Under the pieces are notes generated by a model. The model was not told where the DNA came from and did no database searches. It saw only the letters and a list, made by a program, of their open reading frames with translations. A DNA stretch of 64,000 nt from Hormiphora californensis (Eukaryota > Animalia > Ctenophora), in assembly GCA_020137815.1 (NCBI GenBank), contig CM035361.1:2666001-2730000 (forward strand), written 5' to 3'. Position numbers and translations under genes: made by a program. This document shows, piece by piece, positions 49,312-63,666 of this stretch (positions are counted from its first letter, which is position 1; each line of letters opens with the position of its first letter).

Positions 49312-52300
49312 TCACACAGTTTCAACATCGTTAATTAGCGATCCCTTCACTTTAATCGGAAGTTCTTCGTTGGCCGGACCACTTGAAACGCGTCTCATCA
49401 AAGACTTCATCAACCTAAATCGAAAATATAGTTTAAACTTTTGAATTTCAGCAAAGCTTTCAACTGCAGTAGATTACTCCAGACATCCTGCTTTTGGTCA
49501 GACCACTGGTTTCCCAGCTGTTTCCCAAAAGCAGTTGCTTTCGACTGTAGATTATATAAATATGAATTACAATGAAGTAATATAACTGTATTTTAGAATT
49601 ATACAAAGAGCAAATTCTTAAAAAAGGCCCTGATGACAGCTGTAGAGAAATTGAATGTGGGAATTTTATTATCCTAGACTTTGGAGGCCTTTTAGGCTAG
49701 GTCCAGTAGTTAGTATAACACCTAGCTGGCGTATAAAGATATAACTGAGATTCTCTTACGGCCATATTATTAAGAGAATCTTGGTTCCTCTTAAAATATT
49801 GTTTTACTGTTTCCATATTTTGTCACTACAGTCAGATTAAGGGATTATTTGCCCGGTAACTCGGGGTCTGACTGTTATTATACCTGTGCAGTTTGTAAAG
49901 GGCCACGAGGGTAGCGTAAAGTAGAATATAGACCACCACTTCCCAGCACACAACACCTGAAATAGTTATATATTTTGTGTGCTGCTCCAGCAGTAAACAC
50001 ATAAACTCCACCTCCTTCAATCTCTCTCTCTCTCTCTCTCTATCCATTTCTCTCCTCCTCTCTCTATCTATCTCTATCCATCTCTCTCTCTATTTCTCTC
50101 TCCCATCTCTTTAAAGTTAAAGTTCAACTGAGCTTTGTTTGCCTTCTTTGTTTTTTTGTGTACTGAGCTGCACCTAGGCGTGTTTCTTACATAATGTCAA
50201 TTGTGATGCCACTGAAGAATAAAAGAGAGTAAGAGAAGGAGGGGAGGAAAGAAAAATAGAGATATGGAGATATGGAGAGAGGGAAAGACAGAAGATCATC
50301 CAATGTTTCCGCTCGTTATATTAAAGTACTTCTAAAGATTTGTATTGTGTTGTAAACGTTCTGCCAGCTATGAATATGACCATTGATCATCAATGTTATT
50401 ATCCATGTAATTATCAATGTTATTATACATGTTATTTAATCAGTTTTGGTCTTTTTCAGAGTCTGTACTCTGTATGAACACTGTTCATACAGAGTACAGA
50501 CTCTGTGTTCATTGAACAATGAACATTGAGAGCCCCAATGTATACGACTTTGTACGACGACAGCTATCACGTCACGCAAAATATCACTATCACGTCACTC
50601 AAAGAACCCTAGAAAACAGTTTCAGGCGACTCAACTCTTCCCGCCGCACGAGAACAGTGCAGCTCTGCATAGGAAAGCGAGAACAGATGATGATGTGGGT
50701 GAGAAACAGAGTGAAGCTATCAATTGTGCTGTAGAATATTGTGGTACATATCTTCCATTTCTGTCTACGTAGTTTCTACTTTCCATGTGGGTACTGTTGC
50801 CTAAGTTAGCCTTTTCCCCTTTTATAAGGGGAAAACAGTCGTGCCTGGACCTCAGGCTATTCCCGCCCTAAGTCTAACTATTATAACTCTCAGTTAAATT
50901 ATTTTTACAAACAAGTTTACCAGGAACCGACCGAATCAGGAAATACTGGTCCCTGATTGGCTGATAACCAGTCACGTGACCTAAATAACGATTTCTGATT
51001 GGTTGTTTACTTGTTTCGGTCGGTTCCAATCATTACCTGCTTTAACCCAGCCATGACAGTGCTGTAAGTAGGGAAACGTCGAACCTGGAATCCTCCTGCC
51101 GGGGAATAATGAGTTAATAGACCAAACAAATAATTCGTTTCTGTAATTAGATATTTCGATTGTAACAACTTGTATGGTAGATACTTCCACCAAAATTTTG
51201 GCAAATGAAGCTACGCTATTAAGCTACAATTCCGAAAGTAGCTATTGATGATTTCTACTATCCATAGGTTTAATGTTCTACATACCCGAAGCAACTGAAT
51301 TCTTCGCTAATGGTGTAGTTGGTACCATTGCAGTGGAAATTATCTCCAGCTTCCATCGTCCAAAGTGCTGAAATAATCAGATTTAAATTACAGAGTCAAA
51401 CTCCGATTTACCGTCCCCCGATTTTAAATTAGTGCTAAAATAGCTTGTGCTTACATCTTTTTAGCTAAATAAGTAAATTTTAACTTACGTAGTTTGTGAA
51501 GATTTGAAAAGGCTAGATAGTTGGGTTGTGTTCGAGGTCCTATAGGTGTTGTATCGTGACCATGCTCTCTAAACCACTGAAATTTATTAATTAATGTATT
51601 AATTAATGTATTAAATGTACTAAATTTATTTAATAGTATATTCCATGAACTTGATCATGTTACGTATGATAGAAATGGTTCCCTGCAGCCAATGCGAAAA
51701 ACAATTTATACACCTTAAGATATCAGCGTAGGGGCTCAGCTCCCATAGTAACCGCTCTTATCGAATAAAATCAAACCAATTCCCATGGCAACCGCAGATA
51801 CCACCATCAATTTAATTGTGTCCCGAACCTGTCCCTTATAATGTGTCCCGAACAGGTCCCCAATGTGTCGCGAATGTGTCGCGAATGTGTCCTTATTATG
51901 TCCCGAAACGTTCCGGCGGTGGTATGTCGTACTACCCAATGATTACCCTAATTAATTATTAATTAATTAATTATTAATTAATTAATTATTAATTATTATT
52001 AATTATTAATATTATTAATTAATTAATATTATTAATTATTAATTATTAATTACAGTCGGACCCCGATTTAACGGCCCCCGATTTAGCGGCACCCCGATTT
52101 AACGGCAGGATAAATTTCCCCCAAAAATTTTTTGAAATTTTTTTTTGAAAATTTTTTGAAAATTTTTCAAAGGTGTATTAACCACGTCCGAATCGTGTTT
52201 CGAATCGGTGAATCTTATTGCATGTCTTGCCGGTAATTAGACGGTTCGAAACGAACAGATATGTGATCCCCATGAGGCCCATCGAATCGCAATTTTGACG

Positions 52301-55082
52301 CTTGGTAAACTTAACTGGTCCCATGGGGATCACGTATCAGTTCGTTTCGAACTGTCTAATTAGCGACAGGACGTGCGATAAGATGCACTGATTAGAAACA
52401 CGATTCGGACGTGGTTGATATACCTTTGAAAAATTTTCATAACTTTTTTTGCAAAATTTTACAGAATGTTTGTCATTGCTTTGATCGGTGCTCCCCATGA
52501 ATTTTCAGAGAAAAAGATATTTTGAAATTCGAATTCTTCCTCATCCCGCTTAAAGTGCCCCGATTCGGCATGGTATCACGTATCGGTTCGTTTCGAACCG
52601 TCTAATTAGCAGCAAGACATGCGATAAGATGCACTGGTTCAACGAACGATTCGGACATGGTTGTACCTTGATTTTTTTTAAAAATTATTTTCTTTTTCTA
52701 ATCAGAAATGATCATGTAATCAATACATGGACATTACATTTAACACTTAGAGGTGTTTTAGTATAGCATTTTGGACAAAAATAGGGTTTTATGGACCAAA
52801 TATGCTCTACCCCGATTTAACGGACACCCCGATTTAACGGACAAAACCCTTTCCCCCGAGGGTGCCGTTAAATCGGGGTCCGACTGTATTATTAATTATT
52901 ATTAATTATTAATTATTAATTATTATTAATTATTTATTAATTAATTAATTAATTAATTAATTATTAATTACCCTAAGATAAAGAAGGTGTCCAGCGGATG
53001 GTTTAATGATGGCGTTGTCTGATATACACCACCACATGTGCGACTGGGCCGCTGTTACGTTCTGCTGATTCTCCCAGTCATCTGGTGGGGAGAGACAGGT
53101 GATTGTTATCATACAGTAGGGGAGAGACAGGTGATTGTTATCATCTAGTGAGAGAAAGGTGATTGTTATCATCTAGTGAGTGAGAGACAGGTGATTTGAA
53201 AACCGCAAGTTTTTAATACTTATTTGAGGCATTGCTGGTTTCTACGTAGCAACTACGAAGCAACATGTGTAATTAATTAACAGTTGTTATCAACAATCAA
53301 CATACCTTTTAGATGAAGATTAGCAATAACAGCTACTCGGATTTGTGTTCTACTGTTTCTGAACTCCCCCAGGACGCACTTGAACCACTGGGTCTCTTCA
53401 CTGTACGTCACAGTTACTGTGAAATTATATTAAATAATATTAATTAATATAACGAGGTTTTTGACGATCATTTTGTGTCTTTGAGAATCACCCGAAGGGC
53501 CAACTATAGGTTGAATACTAACTAAATTGGGAGAGAGAAGAAAATTGTCCACCTAGCATGCTAGGCAACTGCTTCTTCATAAATATTATGGAACGCTGAC
53601 ATCACCTGCACCATCCGTTCCTAGCCTATCTCTCACTTTCTTCCTACCCATGTTGTTGTACGCTCTGGGCTTCCTGACAATGTCAAGGTGCGAATTTATG
53701 AGATCAACGTCAGGGAGGTGCAGTGCTGTTCCAGAAACTCATCACGTGAAAACTTGGCCGCTATGTAGCCGATTCGGAGATTTCTATATTCGACTGGAGT
53801 ACACCCTTGGGCGACGTTGAGTAAAACTATCAGTAGTCGTTGATTGGCTCGCTTGAACACGTTGGCGTAATCTGTCATATTCTCTAGCTTGCTCCCTGGC
53901 AGCAGCAGTTCTCCTGGACCTAGATAAACGTTGCCGAATAGCGCTTGGGGTGGAAGAGCTAGACATCAGGGCAGAAGTAAAAGAATGCACGTGCAGAATT
54001 GAATTTCCCCTTGGTGCCCAACTGCAACTGGGAGAGAGGTCTCTAGGTCCCTCTAATAATTGCACGTGCAAGTGTAGTTGCTAGGTGATGTAGCACTGAC
54101 AATTTGAATAGTAAGTAGTATGATTAGAAGACGGATTATTTGGTATTGTTGGGTTTGGTTTGGTTTGGTTGGGTTGGGTTGGGTTTGGTTTGGTTTGGTT
54201 TGGTTTGGTTTGGTTTGGTTTTAACATGTTAGATGATGGTACCTAAGATGATAACCTTGGTCAAGATATTGTTTATCTATTCTACATGGCTAAAATTCAC
54301 AACTGATCCTGAGAACACCGGATCCTAATTAATCGCTCCTACGTATGTTTTAAAAGACCTGCTCTAGTTTGAAAACATTGATTAGATGGTATTCGAGAGC
54401 TGGAGAGCTACTTTCTGTAGAATTAGAGAGATTGGGGATGAGACTTGATCTAAGTTAGCTCATTCCCTGATTATGTTGGGGGCGTGGTGCGAGAGTAATA
54501 TAGGTGAAATATTCTGTATTTATGTGTGTAGAGAGATATAGTTTACTACTATACGCTAGATCTCTGTCTAGATCTAGTGATCATATGGATGAAATTATGT
54601 GAGCTATTGAAATCAATAATAATCATATCCATGCTGATCACTTTCTGAAACGACCATCCCCTTTTCTTTGATTATGAATGCAGATTCAACGATTTTTAGT
54701 TGACGGGGAAATTGTTTTTAAATTTTTTCATATTAAAACTTGGTATAGGCCTAGAAGGAGAAGCGGGTCTATTTAGCGATTACTTTTAGTTACTATTCAA
54801 TTTCGTAGCGCTATAATTACAAACCAAAATATACTTGTTATAAAAGCAATGATTTATATTATTGTCGTGCGTCTTTGACAAGCATTAATTAATCATATTA
54901 TTATGGCCTAGAGGATCAAATATAATTAATAGCGGCCAGAGCAGCTCTCTCTCTCTCTTACACACCTTCCTTCGCTATTTTAATAGCTTTCTCTCGCCAT
55001 GGCCGGCCGCTCTTTCTTTCCATGCACCGATTAAGTCGTTAGTGGCTTATCCATAATCTACATCTGCCCAGCAACCCTCTCT

Positions 55083-55148
<66 letters not shown>

Positions 55149-56326
55149 CCTTAGCTCTCTCATTCTATATCGCTTACATCTTATCCATTTTCAGTCCTCA
55201 AACTTAGAGAACGGTTATATTTGCCGACCTTTGTATAATTGTGAGTTTGTAGCAGGAACCGACCGAAACAAGTAAACAACCAATCAGAACTCGTTATTTA
55301 GGTCACGTGACTGGTTATGAGCCAATCAGGGACCAGTATTTCCTGATTCGGTCGGTTCCTGGTTTGTAGTGAATTCTCTGGAAGTCTTTCAGCTACCAAT
55401 GATCAGACCACGGTTCTTTTGCGCTTAGGCCAATGCTCTGACAGCAGGAAGTAGAACCATATGATGAACTACTTATTATAGCAGTAGTCGGTTTTGGTAG
55501 ATATTATAGTGGTGTGCGTTTCGCCATATCAAGAGATAATGTACGTCTAACGGTCCATACCGGCTGCCCCTAATGTTATATGATCTCTGCTCTCGGTTTC
55601 AGCATTCTGCCGGTTTCAACTGAATTGGTAAATTTGGGCTTTTGTGCCACTCATGGGGCCATAATTGATATGGCGGGCTCGAGACTATTATACTCCTATT
55701 TCGTTGCCTTGCGAATAGAGCACATAAAAACACCTGTGATTGAGTGTGAATATACTGTAGATGTTTTCTTGAAAGGAAAAACGAACATTCTAGGTCTCAT
55801 CTTTCAGCTCCATTATACAGTTGTATTATAATTCGGCCAGTATGGCATATGACGCTATAGATCGTTGGTACATTGCCGTTGACTGGTGTGGAGAAGACTA
55901 GAGAGAGCCGCATCGTTAGGTAATCAAAATCTCTCTATAGTTAATGTAACAATCTTTCTTATGCTCTCTGTTAGTGAACGTCTCACTTTCTACTTTTTAG
56001 TCGTGGATTTAATAGTAACAGTGGCTTTATAATAACCCCAACGATGTCATTGTTGATACTTTGATGTGTTCTTTTATACTTGGTTGGACGTTGGTTATAA
56101 ATTGAACCCATTCTATCAGTTGCCAAACTATTATGTTAGAAGAATAAAAGAATAAAATTAATCATAAACATTTTGTATATCTATGCTTATGTATATGCTA
56201 AAGTAAACTCTGGAATTTGTTAGCTGTACTTGGGTTATACCATGAACTAGTTGAGAGTTGCTGCAGATGCACTGATGTACTGTTTTAGTATTTCATGTTC
56301 TAGACAACATCGTATAGCTCTATCAG

Positions 56327-56378
<52 letters not shown>

Positions 56379-57615
56379 TATCTATTTTCTCTCGATTCTT
56401 ACTACTTGGAAAACACAGCTGTCAGCTAGGTGTACCATACAGCTGCTAAGTTCTTTGTTTGGCACTCTGAACTTTATGGAGAGATCCGCTTCATGCCCTC
56501 TTTCTAACCGAGTTTTGAACATTTGTAGCTGTGTTTTTGTAACTTTTTATACAATTAAAATCTTGTTGTTACACGTATAATCTATTAAACTAATCCTTTA
56601 CTTACGTGTACATGAAAATATGGGTTCCCCAACCAGATCTGAGCTGTACACTATTGCCTCCTCACTGGTGCAGGTCTCACCCGAAACCCGCTCATTTGTT
56701 AGTAGAGTGTGCGTTTGGGTGCTCGTACACTCCAGTGTTATCGACTGAAAGTGAGATTGTTACTTTTACTAAAGAGAGTAAGAGAAAGATTGTTACTTTT
56801 ACTAAAGAGAGCAGAAGAAAGATTGTTACTTTTACTAAAGAGAGCAAGAGAAAGATCGTTACTTTTTCTAAGAGAACTAAAGAAAGTAGTGATGGAGCTT
56901 GTGCACATTTTTTAAAGCATGATTTTGTCATACGCTGCAGGCCCAGCTCTTGCAACAGCCGTGGTTCACAATTGTTTCTTGTGACCTAAACTTTTTCTCT
57001 GTTTTCATTCTAACTGAGCTTGTTTTCGATATTCCGTTTGAGATTCTAATCGTACTTCAATTTCCCAAGTCCCATCACGTTCATCACGGAAATGAACAGG
57101 ATATAACGTTACGATCATCATATTAATACTAAATTCTGTGTTCTCGGCATGCGAAATATTGTGATATCGATGCCATTATTATTATGCGCTTCACCCGCTT
57201 TAAAATTAACGAATGTGATTATAATTGTGACACATACTATTGTGTAGCACTCGAGTCGAGACCCTAATTGATAATTTTGAATTTCAAGTTCCTTATTAGT
57301 TATTCGGTAAGCCTTCCAATTTGTGTGATACCTACTCTACATCTGATGCTACATGTATAATAGTTCCCAGTGCAGCAACTGTGACGATATGCTCGAACTG
57401 TCATGGTTACTATCGAATAGTTACTATGGTTACTATGGTTACTATGGTTACTATGGTTACTATGGTTACTGACTCACCTCTCCAGGCATTATTTGAACAA
57501 TGACATGATCTGAAGATTTGTGTGGTACGTTCCCTGGTCGTGGAATCACGTAACCCGTTCCTTCGATGGTATACCAATACAAAACCAGGAGAAGAGTGGT
57601 CTGAAGTTGGTCCAT
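49312..57615 (-). CDS. Multi-exon signal-peptide/transmembrane protein of unknown family with C-terminal PDZ-binding motif (ETV*); middle exons disrupted
   Basis: Clean exons: 57615-57478 (MDQLQTTLLLVLYWYTIEGTG...), 53416-53306 and 53081-52972 (in phase), and 51576-51489, 51367-51286, 51084-51047, 49956-49884, 49414-49312 (...SLLTALSWLGVVCWEVVVYILLYATLVALYKLHRLMK...INDVETV*). Stops or frameshifts at ~51714-51950 and 53550-54096; linking the first exon is inferred. Confidence 0.6.
50921..51027. mobile_element. hAT-type MITE (copy 7, right end clipped)
   Basis: Matches the family sequence. Confidence 0.85.
52053..52886. mobile_element. 834-bp non-autonomous pogo/Tc1-mariner-type element inside an (ATTA)n-like tract
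   Basis: TA-CAGTCGGACCCCGATTTAACGG...CCGTTAAATCGGGGTCCGACTG-TA. Confidence 0.88.
55253..55361. mobile_element. 109-bp hAT-type MITE (copy 8)
   Basis: TIRs; perfect TSD gtttgtag. Confidence 0.92.
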
Positions 57616-60537
57616 GATGGTTTGTGTGTTGCTACATGTTGATAGATTCGGATAGATTCGGCTAAAATGAGGTTGCTATGTTTGAACTTCATTGGTCAGT
57701 CATCTGAGTAGTGGATATAGTTTTCAAAGCTCCAGTCTAGATAGGTAATTATAAGAAAGCAAAGAAGGCGTAGGGATTAGGGCCAAAATTAAGGTTTCGA
57801 CGGGCTAGATTAGAGAAGATAGGCCACATTGAAAATTTGGGTGGCTGCATTGCCACATTTGTTGAAGGAAAACACTGTACTGTGTTTCTGAACTAATAAT
57901 AGGGCTTGTTACACTGTTACAGAGACAAAGAAGCTGCAACACCTCAATCATGCCCCAATTCTGTTTGGAATTAGCATAATGAGATATTAGCTGTGTATAA
58001 ATGCAAAGAGTGCAAGTGGCATTTGCATTGTGACCCATGGAAAGGGCTATCCGAATACGACTGGAGGAGAGAGAAAGCGAGAGAGATAAGATAGAGGGAT
58101 AGGGAAAGATAGACTGGGCGAAACGGGGAGATGATATTATGTTAAGCGATGATTCAAGGTGATAGGGCGAGAGAAAGATTATGAGAAGAATGGGGTGCCA
58201 CTGAGAGAGAGAGTGAGAGAGCGATATGGAGACAGGAAATACGTATAATACAGTCTATACCGTCGTTCCATAAAGACATGAAGAGAGAGAGAGAGAGAGA
58301 GCAGAATACAGTGGATTGTACTTGATAGTATAATAGTGAAGATCGGAAGGAGAGATCGTTACTTTTACAAAGGAGAGATTGTTACTTTTACCAAAGAGAG
58401 CAAAACAGAGAGCTCCAGTGTTACCAAGCTAGGTGAACTGCTGAACTGTATCGGCATGATATTGGTATACGAGTTAACTGGAGCGTGGTGAGACTTAATG
58501 GAAGATTGCTATAAGGATATACCAAACTGCATGGCTTCTCGGAAAGATATCATAATAGAAATACGTGGGATACAGCTGGGTCCTGTATCCCAAATGTATT
58601 TCATCTCTGTTGCAATCTTTTCCGGGTCAGACTATTTCAAATGGACATCTTTAGAAACAATGATATATATCTGGATCTCTTCACAATAGCTGTTCAGTAC
58701 AACACAATGGTGGGAGCGGTGGGATTTCCCACCATCTTGCAGGGGACTCTGATCTCTAGTTCTCCTGTTATTGTTCTAAAATGGATATATTGGACTTGGT
58801 AGAAATTGGGAGTGCAGAATTCAGTTTGTATAAATTGTACATTTTTATACAACATCTATTATAGCTGCCTATATTTGAATATAGGAAATATGATACAGAT
58901 ATACATGCACAGACGTTAGACAGTGACCATCTAAGTACCAATCTTTGACAAAATTCTAAAACTGCTAAATCTAAAACTACATAATATGACGCATAGTACA
59001 GAGACTATTAGGCTGAGAAAAGTAGATTGGTAGAAAGGTCTCTAGCAAGAAAAAAAATCGTTACTACATACGGTCATGAGCAATAAATACAGTTTATTAA
59101 ATACCGTGGGTAGTTATTTAGTGGGCTTAGGATCATGTGGAACAAAGGAAAAAAGAAACTTTCGTGCTCATGACCTGACGGAGCAAATTGACCTGACAGA
59201 CCCTACGATTCTCAATTCTTTCAAGAGAACCGTGGTTAGAGCATCAATTGGCCTGATAGCTCAGAGCTGCATTGGCCTGACAGCTCATGACTGGTGCTTG
59301 AAATATAAAATCATTATATGTACTGAAATGGACGATACTGGGCATGAAATATTAATGGGTTCAATATGGCTGATATTCGTGGAATGAACCAGCTAGATAA
59401 TCCGAGGGTCGGTTCACGTAATGGCGTAAGGAATAGTCCACTGTGCCTTGTCGACCATAAAACAGCTTGAAACTACAGAAAGCAAATCTAAGTTACTGCT
59501 GCTCTCTCTCTCTCTCTCCGTCTCTCACCGATCCATTATCCTTTCTCTCTCTCTCTCACTCCTCTCTCGTCCCCTTCTCCCACACCACCCTCTCTCTGAT
59601 CTCTCTCTCACCACTCTCTCTCTCTCTCTCAATCTCTCTCTCCTCTCGCTCCGTCTTCCCTCTCTCTCTCATCCCTTTTTTCGCGCTCTGTCTCTCCCCT
59701 CTCTCTCTCTCCTCTCCTCTCTCTCTCTCTCTATCTCTCTCAATCGACTCAGAGCAGTAGACAGAATGAACAGAAAACCCAACGCAAAACCCTTTCAAGG
59801 AAAAGGGGGGAGGACATTGGCCTGAAAAAACGAGCCACACCAAATGACGGGGGCCCCCTTTTTAAATTTTAAAAAGGGGGGGTTTAAGGTAAAAAACCCG
59901 AACAAGGGGGCCCCGGGAAATTAGGGTTTTAAAAAATATTTAAAAAGGGAAAACCCGGGGGAAAAAAAAGGGGGGGAAATCTTGGGGGGAAAACCCCCCG
60001 CGAACTACTAATGGGTAGTATTCCATCTTATAGTCGACATAACACGGGATAAAGACAATTGGGCCTGCCGATCGATATGCCTGACAGCCTGAGATCTCCT
60101 CTCAGATCCGTGCGTCTGCATAATCCCTGTCTCCTCTGGCCTGAACCAGCACTCTATCTCTTAATTAATCGTCTCTGTCTGACAATACACTACTGGTCGC
60201 ATGATATCTACTGCCATTCTCTGACCATAGCAGCCTGATCATGCCCAAAGAATCCGATCTGGGCGTCAGTAGCGGCTAAGGCTAGTCCCTGTGAGATGTA
60301 GACAGGAAAAACGATGAAACAAACGCAAAGGAGAGTTACTCTCTCTCACTAATTTCCTCAACGCTAGGAGTCTAGAGAGTCGACTGCTCTCTCTCGAACA
60401 CAGAGATCTCTTCGATCGGGTGAGATCGAGCTCGCTCTCTCTCTCGTCGATTCTCGTCTATTCGCTCGACGTCTCCCTCGTCTCTATCTCTCTCTCATAA
60501 TCTCCGATCTCTAGTTCTGTCTTGTCAGTAGTCTCCG

Positions 60538-60577
<40 letters not shown>

Positions 60578-60736
60578 CGATCCGTCTCCCTATCTCTCTG
60601 ATCTCTCCTACTGTACTTGCAGTAGCTTGGAACAATGCAATATAAAAGGTAAAAGAGCCAATGGGCTGAACCACCAACACATTGTCTATCTTGTTCAGAG
60701 TGAGGGAGAGAGAGAGATAGAGACAGGGGAGAGAGA

Positions 60737-60774
<38 letters not shown>

Positions 60775-62987
60775 AGAGAGAGGGGAGAGAGAAAGTGAAA
60801 TTGTACAGTACAAGATCAGATACAGGATATTGGATCAGGCTCTGAGGTACCATGTATGCGAACCCAATAATAGTGACACAAAAGTCAACCAGCAGATATT
60901 TCCTGCTTTATGGAACTTATAACATATGACGTAGTATAATTATTGTGATGCAGTCGATTGTCCACAGGGTATTATTATTATTATTTCATTCTTAATTCAT
61001 AGTAATAAAGTGAGAGACCAAATTAGAAAGTTCGAGAGGTGTGAAATCCACTTGGAGAATATATGTAGGAAGTGCGTGACGCATTAGCTTGAATTGTTCT
61101 CTGCGACTCAAGCATTATGAAGACCTTCTAGAATCCAATAGAAAACCTCTAAGAATTCGGTGATGTTGCCTGGTTTGTAATTGGAAATTAGCACGATCTG
61201 TCACATGGCCACCTGGAGATGGAGAAAGAGGATAGAGTTGGTGTTCTGATTCATTTCATATTTGTTTGTGTGATGATCGAGCGATTTGTTTCTTTTCTCA
61301 GCTATCCGTTCGCTATACGAACTTGATATACAGTCGGACCCCGATTTACCGGGATGCTCGGGGGAAAGTAAATTGCGGGGTTCCGGCAAATCCGGCCGTA
61401 AATCGATCTGATCCGCTACAAATATGGTACTCATTTACCAGTTGTTGCTGCAGCATGCTGTATCTTAATTTGATATTGGGGATGTGTTTGTTGAAATAGT
61501 ATCGGGGATGTATTGCAGAAATCGGATTCTTTTACGAAATGGTCCACCACAACTATATGTTTTTGCCAAATATCTATTTTAATTTGATAGCTGGGATGTG
61601 TTTGTTGAATTAAATTGTATTAAGTATCGTGAAATTTACTCAACAAATTGTATCGGGCTATGTTGCAGAAATCGGATTGAATCGGGGAGATCTACTGTCT
61701 GATCCCGATAGATCTCTCGTTACAGTATAGAGAAAGAGAGATTGATATCGTTACTAGAGAGAGCGAGAGTTGCGAACATGAGGGGCGCGACGTGCCCAAG
61801 AGCGAGAGAGAAAGAGATCACGTGACATGAAGCTCGAGAACACTTCAGGGGACGGTGAATCTATTTACGGGTATAGGATTACCAGTTACCACAAATGGTT
61901 TTCGAATTGCTACTTGAGTTTTTTATGGATTGTCCTCTAATAAATTTATTATATAATCCAGAACCTTGAATACTTCATGATAGTTATACCATGGTTTTTA
62001 TGATCCAGCTACATTTTGAATATAGTTTTCTCACTATAATAGACATAGCAAAAAGACTGTATTCAAAATCAGTATACATAATACACGGTCCTGTACTCCT
62101 GTGAGCGCATTCTGTATTCAAGAATCATTGATTCTTAGAATCATTGATTCTTAGAATCATTGATTCTTAGAACGGTCTTGAAGAATCAAGATTCGCTCCT
62201 TCTGGCTCTCATTTCTTTTCAGTCGTGTATTTCAATAACTGCAAAGAGTGAACACTGAACACCTGTGACAAGTCATGAGTACATGACGAAAAGAAAGAGA
62301 GAGATCAGAAAGAGAGAGAGAGATAGATGGAAGGACACAGAGAAAAGGAAGGTGAGCGAATTCTGATTACTTGTGGATCAATGATCTTTGAAGAAATAGA
62401 CTGGCTAAAAGTTGGGTGTAGCTATAATTATACACTTGAATATTGTTGATACAACTCAACAACTTGAAATACATGCTTGAAATACATGTCTCGTGTTACA
62501 ACATTTACTAACAATCGGAGTAACCAATCGTGTTACTATTATAATTATAGCAATGAATTTGTTTCCAGAACCATTTTGAAGATCCACATTAAATGTTGTT
62601 TAATTCGTCCATGCTTTGATCGCTGTCAATTGTGATGAGACGTGTGAATCGTTCTTGAAGCAACTTTGAATCAAGGCTCAATTTTTAATTGACAATTCCG
62701 GTACAGAAAAAGAAATGCCGAGAGAGATAGATATGAGATAGAGCGAGAGAGTGATTAGAAAGACAAAAGAGATACCATTCTTATCTTGTCAGTAATTCAT
62801 GTTTAGCAAAAATTGTCAACACTTTGTTTTCTTATCAATTCTATTTTTACTAAAGTGTGTCTGTCGCTTTGCTGCCAAACTTGTTATGTTCTAGTCTAAC
62901 CCTTGGAACGGGTTGCCTGGCTAGACTGGGTTAGAACACAACAAGAAACGGGTTCTAGCTAGGCAATGCCAAACATATTCCTGTCTA

Positions 62988-63666
62988 TATATAGTACATA
63001 ACGTTCTGCACGCAGTGCAAGCGCGCCATATACGCTCTGCACTGCAGAGCGTATATGGAGGTGAAATGCACGACAGCGCAGCTGGAGTGCATTTCACACC
63101 TATATTGCACGAGTGTAACGAGTGCGATATAGGAACGCTTGCACATGCCGTGCAGGACGTTATTGAGTATATATTCCGCGAGAAAGCACATGACAAGCAA
63201 AACAATCATAATTTTGGGTGATTACACACAGAGAGATGTGACAAAACAAGGTACAAACTAAGCAAAACTACACAAAAATACACTTCTACACCTGTTACAC
63301 ACAAGGGAACTCGTTCTGTTAGTTTTAATTAGTGAATAGAAGAGAGGGATAAAGAGAGAGATACGAGAGAGGGAGATTGGAATTCTTGGAAATAGTGAAC
63401 AACAAAACATGATAAGGGGATAATTAGTGAGAGAAAGAGGGAGAGTGAGTGTAATTTGACAGACTTTGTGTCGCTTGGCACTAACTGTGTCAGTCATATT
63501 CTGTGTGTTTGTGTGTGAATAAGGTGTAAAAACACTGAGGGGACACTGTTCTTACTTATATCCCGCTACCCCTATATCTGCACGCTCCCGCGGAAGCAGA
63601 GTGCATATTTCAGCGTGCAAATGGTCGCGCACAGCGGGAGTGATATGTGCACTCGCGGTATATATA
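62988..63666 (+). mobile_element. A-A'-B-B' element family 2, copy 2
   Basis: Homologous to 28702-29374 from TATATAGTACATAAC to CTCGCGGTATATA, with unrelated flanks. Confidence 0.85.

Noticed and set aside
54150-54222. Telomere-like GGTTT/GGGTT repeat
   Set aside because: Short interstitial pentamer microsatellite, not TTAGGG.
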